Below are positions 1-9,129 of a stretch of 32,000 bases of DNA, in pieces. Origin of the DNA: Edaphobacter aggregans. GTDB taxonomy: Bacteria > Acidobacteriota > Terriglobia > Terriglobales > Acidobacteriaceae. The notes under the pieces were generated by a model. It did not search any database, had not been told where the DNA came from, and worked only from the letters and a program-made list of their open reading frames with translations. A program made the position numbers and the translations under genes. Location: NCBI RefSeq assembly GCF_003945235.1, contig NZ_RSDW01000001.1, forward strand, positions 4,380,001-4,412,000, read 5' to 3'. Position 1 is the first letter of the stretch, and the number at the start of each line of letters is the position of its first letter.

Positions 1-2028
1 GATGCGCTTCTTCGCAGAGACGTCGACGAAGACTGTGCTGCCGCCCCAGGCTTCGGGGACGAGGCCGCGGTCGCCGAGCTGCTGCTTGACGCGGTCGGGG
101 TTGGCTTCGGGCTTGTCGATCTTGTTGACGGCCACGATGATAGGCACGTTGGCTGCCTTGGCGTGGTCGATGGCCTCGAGGGTCTGGGGCATGACGCCGT
201 CGTCGGCTGCGACTACGACCACGACGATGTCAGTGACCTTGGCTCCACGGGCACGCATGCGGGTGAAGGCCTCGTGACCGGGGGTGTCGAGGAAGACGAT
301 CTCGCGACCGAAGGCGGGGGAATCAGGCTTGGTGATTTTGACCTTGTAGGCGCCGATGTGCTGGGTGATGCCGCCGGCTTCGCCTGAGGCTACGTCGGTG
401 GAGCGGATGGCATCGAGCAACGAGGTCTTACCGTGGTCGACGTGACCCATGACGGTGACGACAGGCGAGCGGTTGATCTCGACCATGCCCGTGGTGTCTT
501 CGAGGAAGCCTTCGATGGCTTCGTTCTCGAGCTGCTCTTCGACGGTGATGATGTTGGCGTCGGCACCGAACTGTCGGGCGACGTCCTTGACCAGCTCACC
601 TTCGAGCGACTGGTTGACGGTGACGAAGACTCCGCGCATGAGGAGGGTGGCGATGAGGTCTTTGCCGCGGACGTCGAGCTTTTCGGCGAGGTCCTTGACG
701 CTGATGCCTTCGGTTACCGTGATGGTCTTGGTGATGGGGAGAGGCTCGCGCGAGATGGGCGCACCGCCAAAACGTGGCGGCGGCTGGAAGCCCTTCATCG
801 GGCCTTCTTTGGTCTTCTCGTAGCGCTGACCACCACGACGCTGGCCCGGACGGGCCGCTGGACGCATGCCTGTTGGGGCTTCGCCGGGTGGCAACATGCC
901 CGGAGCGCCGGGGGCTCCGCCTGGACGTGCACCGAAGCCGGGGCGGGCTCCGAAACCTGGACGCGCTCCGCCTGGAGCAAAGCCGGGACGGCCGGGTGCT
1001 CCGCCGGGGCCACCTGGGCCGCCGGGGAAGGTGCGGGTGGGGTGCATCGGACGACGTGCACCGGGTGCCATTGACGGCGGACGGGAGCCGGGAGCGCCGG
1101 GAGTCTGCGGGCGTGGCCGCTCAAAGATGGGGCGTCCGCGCTGAGGTGTTGCAGCGGCACCGGCTGGAGCGGTGTAGATGGGTCGCGGGCCGGTCTGCGG
1201 CATGATGACGCGGCGGACTGGAGCTCCGGGCTGGACTGGTGGTGCGGCTTCCGCGGCGGCTGCCGGTGGGGCTGCGGGCGTTGGCGCTGCAACCGGCGCT
1301 GGTGGCTCGGAGGCGGTCACCGTGGGGACCGTGGGTGTAGGAGTTGTTGCGACCGGGGCCTCTGCTACTTCAGCCGGTGGTGCGGCTGTTACGGCTGCGG
1401 GCTTTGGCGTGGTCGGTGCTGCTGCAGGAGGAGCAGCCGCTACTGCCGGACGCTCGTGAACGACCGGGTGGGCGGATGCTGGTGCACCGGCAGGAGGACG
1501 CGCGATGACAGGGCCGACCGGAGGCTTGCTGGCGATTGCCGGAGCTTGCGGAGGAGCGACGATATTCGCTCCCTGACGCGGCAGCGGAACGATGCGGCGG
1601 GGTGCGGGAACAGTCGACGCTGCGGGAGTTGATGCAGCGGGTGTAGCGGGAGCGGCTGCTACGACAGCGCGGTGTGGCGCGGCGGCAACGTGTCCTGCGG
1701 ACGGTGGGGCAACCACCGCAGCGGGGCGGGCGGGAGGAGCGGCCTTGGCGGCGGCTTCGGCCTGTTTGCGCTCGAGGATTGCCTTGAGCGCGTCGCCGGG
1801 CTTGGATACCTTCGAGAGGTCAAACTTCGGCTTCGCCTCGACGACGGGCTTGCTCGCGGTCGAGCCTCGGTTTCCGCTGAAGTACTCGCGTACCCTCTCT
1901 GCCTGGTCGGCTTCGATGGAGCTGGAGTGGGTCTTTCCTGTCACGCCGATTGCTTCGAGCGCGTCCAGAATGGGCCTGCTCTTTACTTCCAGTTCTCGTG
2001 CCAGATCGTTGATTCGAACTTTGCTCAT
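1..2028 (-). CDS. infB: Translation initiation factor IF-2 (3'-truncated by the window edge; N-terminus complete)
   Basis: Not in the ORF track because it runs off the edge. The reverse strand is open in one frame from 2028 to 1 (676 codons). It starts [28 protein letters not shown] and has a long Pro/Ala/Gly-rich N-terminal region. G-domain motifs are read directly: GHVDHGKT (RC of ~424-447), DTPGHEAF (RC of 265-288), NKID (RC of 115-126). It sits immediately downstream of nusA, as in most bacteria. Confidence 0.97.
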   Translation of the reverse strand, partial: MSKVRINDLARELEVKSRPILDALEAIGVTGKTHSSSIEADQAERVREYFSGNRGSTASKPVVEAKPKFDLSKVSKPGDALKAILERKQAEAAAKAAPPARPAAVVAPPSAGHVAAAPHRAVVAAAPATPAASTPAASTVPAPRRIVPLPRQGANIVAPPQAPAIASKPPVGPVIARPPAGAPASAHPVVHERPAVAAAPPAAAPTTPKPAAVTAAPPAEVAEAPVATTPTPTVPTVTASEPPAPVAAPTPAAPPAAAAEAAPPVQPGAPVRRVIMPQTGPRPIYTAPAGAAATPQRGRPIFERPRPQTPGAPGSRPPSMAPGARRPMHPTRTFPGGPGGPGGAPGRPGFAPGGARPGFGARPGFGARPGGAPGAPGMLPPGEAPTGMRPAARPGQRRGGQRYEKTKEGPMKGFQPPPRFGGAPISREPLPITKTITVTEGISVKDLAEKLDVRGKDLIATLLMRGVFVTVNQSLEGELVKDVARQFGADANIITVEEQLENEAIEGFLEDTTGMVEINRSPVVTVMGHVDHGKTSLLDAIRSTDVASGEAGGITQHIGAYKVKITKPDSPAFGREIVFLDTPGHEAFTRMRARGAKVTDIVVVVVAADDGVMPQTLEAIDHAKAANVPIIVAVNKIDKPEANPDRVKQQLGDRGLVPEAWGGSTVFVDVSAKKRI

Positions 2029-2160
2029 CCGTCCCTTTTCGCTTCCCTGCGCCCTTAGCTGTTCATATCAGCCTCATCGAGGTAGGAATCGTTGTTATAT
2101 GTATTATCCCTGAAATTGCCTTCGCGACTCAGGGATCGTTGTCCAGCGTGGCTTGTCTTG

Positions 2161-3759
2161 CTAGCCACGATCGTTTCCTTCGTTGTCGATGCCCTCGTCG
2201 GAGACTTCCTGGGCTTCATCGACCAGGGTGTCTACGGCGTCGTTGTCCAACTCAATCTGTTCTTCGCGTGCGTCGGCGTCGCTGAAGGCATCGCTGGCCG
2301 AAACTTCATCTTCGGCGTCTACGATGTCTTCCGTCGAAATGTTGTGAACCTCTTCAACGCGGCCGTTGCCGGCTTCTTTTCCGATCTCTTCAAGAATTGC
2401 TTCCGGCGTCTTTGCCATGGCGATCTCTCCTGATTCCTCAGATGCAGGTTGCGCTGCTGCGACTACGGGACGCTCTTCGCCCTCTTCGTACTGGCCGAAG
2501 TAGTGGCGCACAGCGACCGAGATCTTCTCGACGGTCTTTTCGCCGATGCCTGGGACCTCTTCGAGCTGCTCGGGGGTCATGTCGGCGAGTGCTTCGACGG
2601 TTGTGATGCCGGCTGCGATGAGCTTCTCGAGGACGCTTTCGCCGAGCTCGGTGACCTGCTCGATCGGGGTCGTCGGGCCGCCGGACATGGCCTGCATCTG
2701 CTGCTCGACCTCCTGACGCTTCTCCTCTTCGCTCTTGATGTCGATCTTCCACTGGAGGAGCTTGGCGGCGAGGCGGACGTTCTGGCCCTTCTTGCCGATG
2801 GCGAGCGAGAGCTGCGTGTCGTCGACGATGACTTCGATCTGCTTCTCGCCGAGGTCGGTGATGGAGACGCGGCTGACCTTCGCGGGCTGCAGCGCCTTCT
2901 CGGCGAAGGTGGTGATCTCTTCGGAGAATTCGATGATGTCGATCTTTTCGCCGCGGAGCTCGCGGATGATGGACTGGACGCGCATGCCCTTCATGCCGAC
3001 GCATGCGCCGACGGGGTCAACGTCCTTGTCGCGGCTCATGACGGCGATTTTGGTGCGCTCGCCAGCCTCGCGGGCGATGGCTTTGATGCTCACGGTGCCG
3101 TCGTAGATCTCGGGGACCTCCGACTGGAAGAGGTTCTGGACGAGCGCTGGAGCGGCGCGAGAGACGATGACCTGCGGGCCTTTGGCGGCGCGGTCGACAC
3201 GGAGGAGCACGACGCGGACGCGCTCACCTACGGCGAATTGCTCGAGGCGGCTCTGCTCGCGCTTGGGCATGCGGGCTTCGGCTTTGCCGAGATCGAAGAT
3301 GACGTCCATCGGCTCGAGGCGCTTGACGGTGGCGGTGAGGACTTCGCCGGCGCGGTGGTTGTACTCGTTGAAAACGGTGTCGCGTTCGGCTTCGCGGACC
3401 TTCTGGAAGATGACCTGTTTGGCCATCTGGGCGGCGATGCGTCCGAGGGGTGTGGTGTCTTTGTAGAAGCGGAGTTCACCGCCGACTTCGACCTCAGGGG
3501 CGAGTTCGCGCGCCTGATCGAGCGTCATCTGGTTGATCTCATCTTCGAGCTGATCTGGGGTTTCGACGACGGTTTTGAAGACGTAGGCGCGGATTTCGCC
3601 GGTTTCGCGGTCCATCTCGGCGCGCATGTTCTCCTGCGTCTTGTAGTACTTGCGGGTCGCGAGGGCGATCGCGTCCTCAACGGCTCCAACGACTACGTCC
3701 GGTTCGATGCCTTTGTCCCGGCTCAACGTCTCGATTGATTGATACAAAACACTTGCCAT
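2161..3759 (-). CDS. nusA: Transcription termination/antitermination factor NusA with a long acidic C-terminal tail
   Basis: 532-aa ORF with ATG at 3757-3759. It has a NusA N-terminal domain, an S1-like segment (VGERVRVVLLRVDRAAKGPQVIVSR), two KH-like segments (GACVGMKGMRVQSIIREL and AIGKKGQNVRLAAKL), an HhH (VPGIGEKTVEKI) and a ~90-aa Asp/Glu-rich tail. The rimP-nusA-infB order is conserved. Confidence 0.97.
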   Translation of the reverse strand: MASVLYQSIETLSRDKGIEPDVVVGAVEDAIALATRKYYKTQENMRAEMDRETGEIRAYVFKTVVETPDQLEDEINQMTLDQARELAPEVEVGGELRFYKDTTPLGRIAAQMAKQVIFQKVREAERDTVFNEYNHRAGEVLTATVKRLEPMDVIFDLGKAEARMPKREQSRLEQFAVGERVRVVLLRVDRAAKGPQVIVSRAAPALVQNLFQSEVPEIYDGTVSIKAIAREAGERTKIAVMSRDKDVDPVGACVGMKGMRVQSIIRELRGEKIDIIEFSEEITTFAEKALQPAKVSRVSITDLGEKQIEVIVDDTQLSLAIGKKGQNVRLAAKLLQWKIDIKSEEEKRQEVEQQMQAMSGGPTTPIEQVTELGESVLEKLIAAGITTVEALADMTPEQLEEVPGIGEKTVEKISVAVRHYFGQYEEGEERPVVAAAQPASEESGEIAMAKTPEAILEEIGKEAGNGRVEEVHNISTEDIVDAEDEVSASDAFSDADAREEQIELDNDAVDTLVDEAQEVSDEGIDNEGNDRG

Positions 3760-3829
3760 CGCTTATTTCCTTCATCGTTGGTTCGAACTGCCTCGAACCT
3801 GTTGTTACACGCGTCGCGTGTCGAAGCTG

Positions 3830-4411
3830 TTAAATTTCCGCTACCAGGTTTGCCTTCTCGACGTTGGCCAGGGCGATCTCGACGGTTTGCTCTGTCGCCG
3901 CCTTCTTTGCCTTACCCTTCTGCTTCACCGCGGATAGGTCGATCGTGAGGATCCCGTCCGCGAACTTCGTCAAACGACCTTGCCACTGCCGGTTTTTGTT
4001 AACCGGCGAAAACGTCTGCAGCTTGACCAGGCTGCCCTGGAACCTCGTGTAGTCGTCGGGTCGCAGGAGCTTGCGCTCGAGGCCCGGAGACGAGACCTCG
4101 AGGGTGTACTCGGCGCCCGGAATCAGGTCTTCGACGTCCAGTACGGTGCCGAAGTCCTGGGCGAATGTGGCGCAATCCTCGTGGGTTACGCCGGAGAGCA
4201 TCTCGACCGGCACACCCTTGGGCAGGTCTTCCGCTTCGCCGGACTGGGCGACGGAAGCCAGCTTGGCACGCTCGGCGGCATTCTTTTCGACGAAGATCCG
4301 CAACGTGCGAAACTTCGCGCCGCCTTGGAACTCGATATCGACGAGGTCCAGGTTATGCGATGCGGCGATGCGCTCAGCCGTGGCCCGAATTGTGTCTAAC
4401 TGCACTGCCAT
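3830..4411 (-). CDS. rimP: Ribosome maturation factor RimP
   Basis: The ORF-track frame is 3830-4519. The family-typical N-terminus starts at internal Met 37 (MAVQLDTIRATAERIAASHNLDLVDIEFQ, ATG = RC of 4409-4411). The upstream extension would have to encode through a terminator hairpin plus T-tract (4451-4476). The SSPGLERKL motif is present and the gene lies directly upstream of nusA. Confidence 0.9.
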   Translation of the reverse strand: MAVQLDTIRATAERIAASHNLDLVDIEFQGGAKFRTLRIFVEKNAAERAKLASVAQSGEAEDLPKGVPVEMLSGVTHEDCATFAQDFGTVLDVEDLIPGAEYTLEVSSPGLERKLLRPDDYTRFQGSLVKLQTFSPVNKNRQWQGRLTKFADGILTIDLSAVKQKGKAKKAATEQTVEIALANVEKANLVAEI

Positions 4412-4450
4412 AACGGTAAGTTCACTCGTTTTGCTGCTTGCGCAGAACGT

Positions 4451-4476
4451 CTTTTGGAGCAAATAAAAAGTGGGCG
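4451..4476 (-). terminator. Intrinsic terminator/attenuator hairpin in the rimP-nusA-infB leader
   Basis: Minus strand reads AGTGGGC-CAGC-GCCCACT followed by TTTTATTT. This is a perfect 7-bp GC-rich stem with a 4-nt loop and a T-tract, about 40 nt upstream of the rimP ATG. Confidence 0.6.
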
Positions 4477-4558
4477 CTGGCCCACTCATCTCCTCCGCCA
4501 AATCTGCCGGTGCGGTCACGGCTTTCCGTACGACGGAACAAAATCGTCTGCAATCCTG

Positions 4559-4587
4559 ATGTTACACCGATTTTCGCACGAATTCAA
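4559..4587 (-). promoter_or_regulatory. Candidate sigma70-type promoter for the rimP operon (TTGAAT-17 nt-TAACAT)
   Basis: The RC of 4582-4587 is TTGAAT and the RC of 4559-4564 is TAACAT, with an exact 17-nt spacer. It would give a ~140-nt leader containing the 4451-4476 terminator. Sequence pattern only. Confidence 0.3.
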
Positions 4588-4640
4588 TGGGGCGTTCTAG
4601 CTGTAGCGTAAGACGTTAGCTCGGCGAACAGGAGATCCAT

Positions 4641-4669
4641 TTGCCCTGCCTCCCGCGCGACTCTACAAT
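4641..4669 (+). promoter_or_regulatory. Candidate sigma70-type promoter for guaB (TTGCCC-17 nt-TACAAT)
   Basis: TTGCCC at 4641-4646 and TACAAT at 4664-4669 with a 17-nt spacer, about 38 nt upstream of the guaB ATG. Sequence pattern only. Confidence 0.35.
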
Positions 4670-4706
4670 CATTCAAACCCGTGGCAGCCGCCCGACCCAT
4701 AAAAAT

Positions 4707-6233
4707 ATGATCGAAATCCCCGTTCCCGAAGCTCTTACATTTGATGATGTCCTCCTGGTTCCTGCCTATAGCGACGTCGTTCCGACCCAGGTAAGCACCC
4801 AGACCCAACTGACCCGCGATATCACGCTGAATACGCCGCTGATGTCGGCCGCCATGGACACGGTGACCGAGTCGCGTCTGGCCATTGCCATGGCGCAGCA
4901 GGGCGGGATGGGCGTGGTGCATCGCAATCTCTCGATTGAGCAGCAGGCTGGGGAGATCGACAAGGTGAAGCGGTCGGAGAGCGGCATGATCGTTGATCCG
5001 GTGACGATTGCTCCGGAGCAGACGATTGCGGCCGCGCTGGATGTGATGCGGCGGTACAAGATTTCAGGTGTGCCGGTAACGAAGAACAAGAAGCTGGTGG
5101 GAATTCTCACGAATCGCGATCTGCGGTTTGTCTCGCGGACGGATCTGTCGATCGATTCGGTGATGACGAAAAAGAACCTGATTACGGTCCCGGTGGGGAC
5201 GACGTTGGAGCAGGCGGAACAGATTCTGCATCAGCATCGGGTGGAGAAGCTGCTGGTCGTCAATGACGACTACGAGTTGAAGGGGTTGATTACGGTCAAG
5301 GATATTCAGAAGAAACTGAAGTATCCAAATGCATCGAAGGACTGGCAGGGACGGCTTCGTGTGGCTGGTGCAATTGGCGCAACGGGAGATTTTCTGGAGC
5401 GTGCCGCGGAGTTGGTTGCGAATCGGGTGGATGCTCTTGCGATTGATTCTGCGCATGGACACTCCTCGCGCGTGCTGGAGGCTGTTGCTGAGGCCAAGAA
5501 GAAGTTTCCGGAGATCGCTGTGCTGGCGGGTAACATCGCCACGTATGAGGGTGCGCTTGCTTTGATTAAAGCGGGTGCGGACGCGATCAAGGTGGGGATT
5601 GGGCCGGGGTCGATTTGCACGACGCGTATGGTTACGGGTGCTGGTATGCCGCAGATTACGGCGATCTCAGAGGCGTATCGCGCGGCGAAGCAGCATGGGA
5701 TTCCAGTGATCGCTGACGGCGGCATCAAGTACTCGGGTGACGTGACGAAGGCGATTGCTGCGGGCGCGAGTGTGGTGATGATGGGGTCGCTGTTTGCTGG
5801 GGTGGATGAGAGCCCGGGCGAGACGATTCTGTATCAGGGGCGGTCGTTCAAGGCGTATCGCGGGATGGGGTCGCTTTCGGCGATGGCGCAGGGTTCGGGT
5901 GAGCGGTACTTCCAGGGCAAGGATGACATGGAGGACGCAGCCAGCACAGAGCGGCCTTCGCTGACTGCGCGGGAGAATGGTAGCTCGAATCGGCTGGCGA
6001 AGTTTGTGCCGGAGGGAATTGAAGGACGGGTTCCGCATCGTGGGCCGCTGGAGGGTATGGTCTATCAGCTGGTTGGCGGACTGCGGTCAGGCATGGGCTA
6101 TCTGGGTTGCGCTACGATTGCTGATTTGCAGACTAAGGCGCGGTTTATCCGGATCTCGAACGCTGGGCTTCGTGAGAGCCATGTGCATGATGTGATCATC
6201 ACGCGTGAGGCTCCGAACTATCACGTTGAGTAG
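4707..6233 (+). CDS. guaB: Inosine-5'-monophosphate dehydrogenase (IMPDH)
   Basis: The ORF-track frame is 4641-6233, where the 4641 'M' is a TTG. The first ATG at 4707 gives the canonical [24 protein letters not shown] start. A CBS pair is present (YKISGVPV..., KLLVVNDD...), as are the catalytic loop [11 protein letters not shown] and the flap end [10 protein letters not shown]. Confidence 0.97.
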   Translation: MIEIPVPEALTFDDVLLVPAYSDVVPTQVSTQTQLTRDITLNTPLMSAAMDTVTESRLAIAMAQQGGMGVVHRNLSIEQQAGEIDKVKRSESGMIVDPVTIAPEQTIAAALDVMRRYKISGVPVTKNKKLVGILTNRDLRFVSRTDLSIDSVMTKKNLITVPVGTTLEQAEQILHQHRVEKLLVVNDDYELKGLITVKDIQKKLKYPNASKDWQGRLRVAGAIGATGDFLERAAELVANRVDALAIDSAHGHSSRVLEAVAEAKKKFPEIAVLAGNIATYEGALALIKAGADAIKVGIGPGSICTTRMVTGAGMPQITAISEAYRAAKQHGIPVIADGGIKYSGDVTKAIAAGASVVMMGSLFAGVDESPGETILYQGRSFKAYRGMGSLSAMAQGSGERYFQGKDDMEDAASTERPSLTARENGSSNRLAKFVPEGIEGRVPHRGPLEGMVYQLVGGLRSGMGYLGCATIADLQTKARFIRISNAGLRESHVHDVIITREAPNYHVE

Positions 6234-6406
6234 GGACAGCGGAATGCGCGGGTAAGGGCGATGGCGTCGAAGCGGGAGCTGCTTTATTGTGGGAACTCTC
6301 GCCTTCGTGGTTTAATTGTCCGGGAAAATCGGTCCCTCATCTTTTCCGGCCACTCCAGACACAATTCTTGACAGTACCTGCAGCTCTCTGAAACGCTTCG
6401 CTGCGT

Positions 6407-6432
6407 TTGATCCACGATCTCGTTGATCCACG
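6407..6432 (+). repeat. Direct repeat TTGATCCACG x2 (16-nt period), with a third partial GATCCA at 6444-6449
   Basis: Exact 10-mers at 6407-6416 and 6423-6432 in the 317-nt guaB/protease spacer. Confidence 0.9.
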
Positions 6433-6475
6433 CTCTTACGAGCGATCCAGCAGAGCACGGGCCAACTCGTTCCTT

Positions 6476-6502
6476 GTAAGCGTTACAGATCGTAAGCGTC
6501 AC
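6476..6502 (+). repeat. Direct repeat GTAAGCGT(T/C)AC x2 (16-nt period)
   Basis: 6476-6486 and 6492-6502 match at 10/11 positions, about 50 nt upstream of the protease ATG. Confidence 0.9.
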
Positions 6503-6550
6503 GACCACCGGTGCCTGATAGCGAAGACTCTGCATCACGAGGAGGTTGTT

Positions 6551-7999
6551 ATGCCGTCCATCAACTGGCCCTGGGCGATTGTTCTCTGCAAGTACAACGA
6601 CATGCCCGCCGAAACGCGGCCCGCTGACTTCTACTGGGATATGTTCGCGCGGAACGGAACTGGTGGCTTGTGCGATTTCTGGCGAGTTATCACAAGTGGC
6701 GCGATGGACATATCGAGTTCGGCGGTCTTCGGATGGTTCACCATGACGCACGCGTCCGCTGAAGCGAAGGCCCTGCAATATCCCGCTGGTCGCGCAACGC
6801 TCTTTCAGTGGGGTCTAGACGCGGCCCATGCGGCGGGTATCAACCTCGCGCCCTTCAGAGCCATACTCGTTCTCCAGAACTTCGGCGTCGACCACGGTGC
6901 CGTTACGATCGGCGGTAACCCTGGCGAGGTCGTCATTGTTCACGCTGATCCGAACGCATTTGAATGTGGCTTTGTCGGCCACGAGATGGGCCACGGGTTT
7001 GGACTTCCCCATTCATGGTCTGCAAACCCGGACTTTCAGTACGGCGACGGTTGGGATCTCATGAGTTGGCAGACTTCGACGTTCAACTTCAACGTCACAT
7101 TCGAAGGAGCGTCGGGCCTTGCAACGGTAGGGCTTAACGCCCGCAATCTCGAGGCTCTGGGAGCTGTACCGCCGGGACGAGTGTGGCAGCCGACGCCAGA
7201 CTTCAGTGGAACCGTCACGCTGGACCCGATGAGTCAACTCCCCATCGGAAATCACGGGTCTCTGTTTGCGAAGATTCTTCCCACTTCAACGCGTCCCGTT
7301 CGCGCGAACGGCAGCTCATACACGGTCGAATTTCACCAAAAAGCGGGATGGGATCAAGGTATTCCGGCAGACGTGGTCACTATTCACGAGATCCGGACAG
7401 ACACGCTGTCGTACCTGCAACCAACCAGAGGAAGCAGCTTTATCCAGGGCCAGACCTTCACCACGCCTGCGCCCGCCGTCTCGGTCCTCGTCACGGCGAT
7501 CGACTCGACGCTTGGTACGGCGACGGTTCGAATATGGGATCTGCCGGACGGGTCACTTCGCAAGGAAGACTCAACACCGAACGTATATTTGATTCAGAAT
7601 GGCACCAAGCGGTGGATCACGTCGCCTGCCGCTTTATTCGCGCTTGGAAAGACATGGGCAGATGTTCGTGTTGTTCCTGATGGAGCTCTCGCGGGCCTGC
7701 CGGCAGGAGCGAATATATCTGTTCTTAATGTCTCTGTGACTCCGTTCCCGGTCCCTGTCGGTCGCACGGTCTCGGTCACAGTTAAGGTCACGGTGGACAA
7801 CAACCCGGTTGCCGGCGTGGTGAAAGTCGACGGGCTACAGGTGGGCACGACAAACACCCCTTTCACTCACACGTTCAATAGGATCCGCAAAATCGGCCCG
7901 CCACCTGATCGCGAACCCTACTTTGTCTACCCGTCCGGCGACGTCGAAGTTCCAGGATATCCCGCCACGACAATCGATTTCGGCTTCCCGGATATCTGA
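6551..7999 (+). CDS. Zinc metalloprotease, metzincin-type HExxHxxGxxH motif, no recognisable signal peptide; C-terminal beta/Ig-like region
   Basis: ATG at 6551 is preceded by GGAGG (6541-6545). The 6407 start in the ORF track is a TTG extension. HEMGHGFGLPH is encoded at 6980-7012. The N-terminal pattern (AIVLCKYNDMP ... FGWFTM) resembles M6/M11-like bacterial metalloproteases. The C-terminal segment VSVTVKVTVDNNPVAGVVKVDG looks Ig-like. Confidence 0.75.
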   Translation: MPSINWPWAIVLCKYNDMPAETRPADFYWDMFARNGTGGLCDFWRVITSGAMDISSSAVFGWFTMTHASAEAKALQYPAGRATLFQWGLDAAHAAGINLAPFRAILVLQNFGVDHGAVTIGGNPGEVVIVHADPNAFECGFVGHEMGHGFGLPHSWSANPDFQYGDGWDLMSWQTSTFNFNVTFEGASGLATVGLNARNLEALGAVPPGRVWQPTPDFSGTVTLDPMSQLPIGNHGSLFAKILPTSTRPVRANGSSYTVEFHQKAGWDQGIPADVVTIHEIRTDTLSYLQPTRGSSFIQGQTFTTPAPAVSVLVTAIDSTLGTATVRIWDLPDGSLRKEDSTPNVYLIQNGTKRWITSPAALFALGKTWADVRVVPDGALAGLPAGANISVLNVSVTPFPVPVGRTVSVTVKVTVDNNPVAGVVKVDGLQVGTTNTPFTHTFNRIRKIGPPPDREPYFVYPSGDVEVPGYPATTIDFGFPDI

Positions 8000-8055
8000 C
8001 CACTGGAGGAGAACAATGGAACAACATCATCGGCGGCGGGGGACTTTGCTTGAGG

Positions 8056-9048
8056 TCAGGGGTGGGCTTTGTCGAGGACCATGGCGTCGAAGCGATGCCT
8101 GGTGTAAAAGCCCACGTTCTCGTATAGCTGCACAGCCTGACGGTTGGCCTCAGTCACGGTCAGAGTGATTGCAGCGAATCCTGATGCTGCGAGGTGGTTC
8201 ATGCAGTGTTTCAGGAGAGAGCTTCCGAATTTGTGGCCCCGATAGGCGGTCGCTATGCAGAGTTGCGTGATGTGAGCGACGTTGTCGGCAACGCGGGAGC
8301 ATAGGACCATTCCGATCAGCGATCCGTTCTTCTTGTCTCGAAGGACCCATGACTGGTCGGCATCGAATACGCCGCAGCCGGGAAAACGGACGATGTTGTG
8401 GAGAAAACGGAGTGAGCCATGCAGGGAGCAGTATTGGTCGTTGATGAGGGCGTCGATGTGTCCGACGTAAGACTCGTGGATGAGCTCTGCGGCTGGCTGG
8501 TAATGGGCTGGTGACCATCTGGAGAGCTCGACGTGATCGGGTAGCTTCGACGCGAAGGAGCTTTCTTTATAGGCGATAGCGGGTTTGGCCGCGGGGAAGT
8601 CGTACTCCATGTAAAGTCGCGGATGCATGATGAAGCCGGCCTGGAAGAACGGCTCTTCGATGGAGCCGGCGCTGTAGAGGAGGAGCTGCGACTCGATTCG
8701 GTTGATGTTAGGCGAGTGCAGGAGCAGATCGAGAAGGGGGCGTAGCAGGGTGTGGGTGATGTTCAGGGCTACAGATGGATCGTCGGCTACGGCGTAGGCA
8801 TCTCCGACGACAGCTTTGTGTCCTTCGTAGACGCAGAAGGTGAAGCCGCAGACGCGTCCGCGGTCGAGTGCGACGAAGCCGGGAAGGATGCGCGAGTCGA
8901 GGTATTGCAACAGCAATTCGGTCGAGCTTTGATAATTCCAGCGCAGTTGCTGCTCCCAGACGCGAGCCTCAGTTTCGAGCAGCGGACGGAGTTGACGTGC
9001 AGAGAAGTGCCTGAGGTCGAGGATCTCGAGTTGGGTGTCGACGGCCAT
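8056..9048 (-). CDS. GNAT-family N-acetyltransferase (apparently two tandem GNAT-like halves)
   Basis: 330-aa ORF with ATG at 9046-9048. The C-terminal half has the acetyl-CoA-binding style motif QLCIATAYRGHKFGSSLLKH and ends TVTEANRQAVQLYENVGF. Confidence 0.8.
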   Translation of the reverse strand: MAVDTQLEILDLRHFSARQLRPLLETEARVWEQQLRWNYQSSTELLLQYLDSRILPGFVALDRGRVCGFTFCVYEGHKAVVGDAYAVADDPSVALNITHTLLRPLLDLLLHSPNINRIESQLLLYSAGSIEEPFFQAGFIMHPRLYMEYDFPAAKPAIAYKESSFASKLPDHVELSRWSPAHYQPAAELIHESYVGHIDALINDQYCSLHGSLRFLHNIVRFPGCGVFDADQSWVLRDKKNGSLIGMVLCSRVADNVAHITQLCIATAYRGHKFGSSLLKHCMNHLAASGFAAITLTVTEANRQAVQLYENVGFYTRHRFDAMVLDKAHP

Positions 9049-9129
9049 TGCTTCGTCAAAAAGTATTCGTCGAGCTTATAGCAATCGTGGCGGCGCAGGC
9101 ACGCGATCGGACAGCCGGTGTCTAACTAC

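Noticed and set aside
880-1040. Imperfect tandem DNA repeats encoding [21 protein letters not shown] in infB
   Set aside because: This is low-complexity Gly/Pro/Ala-rich N-terminal region typical of IF-2 in GC-rich bacteria. It is a coding feature, not a separate repeat element.
2-2113. Multiple plus- and minus-strand ORFs over the first 2 kb (e.g. 433-1074, 795-1292, 1592-2113)
   Set aside because: All overlap the infB frame, which contains verifiable G-domain motifs and the canonical N-terminus. The listed ORFs are Gly/Ala/Arg/Pro-rich shadow frames of the IF-2 low-complexity region.
2029-2160. 132-nt nusA-infB spacer examined for a missing ylxR/DUF448-type small gene or terminator
   Set aside because: There is no ORF with a start and RBS. 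The only structure is a 6-bp stem (CCCTGA...TCAGGG) with a 15-nt loop and no U-tract. Absence of ylxR is common outside Firmicutes and Actinobacteria.
2449-3738. 429-aa ORF antisense to nusA, plus smaller overlapping ORFs at 2438-3004, 2735-3106 and 3167-3466
   Set aside because: Same antisense-frame composition. nusA is unambiguous on the minus strand.
3780-3799. GGTTCGA...TCGAACC resembles a tRNA T-arm, so I checked for a tRNA. E. coli has metY upstream of rimP, so I also checked the rimP leader at 4477-4640.
   Set aside because: No acceptor stem, D-arm or anticodon arm can be built around either site. The hairpin loop (6 nt, ACTGCC) is not a T-loop.
6284-6778. 164-aa minus-strand ORF (or its 83-aa internal-Met version, 6284-6535) in the guaB/protease spacer
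   Set aside because: It overlaps the protease N-terminus and its Shine-Dalgarno. It is Cys/Arg-rich with no motif and has no RBS. It cannot be excluded without expression data, but the sequence does not support it.
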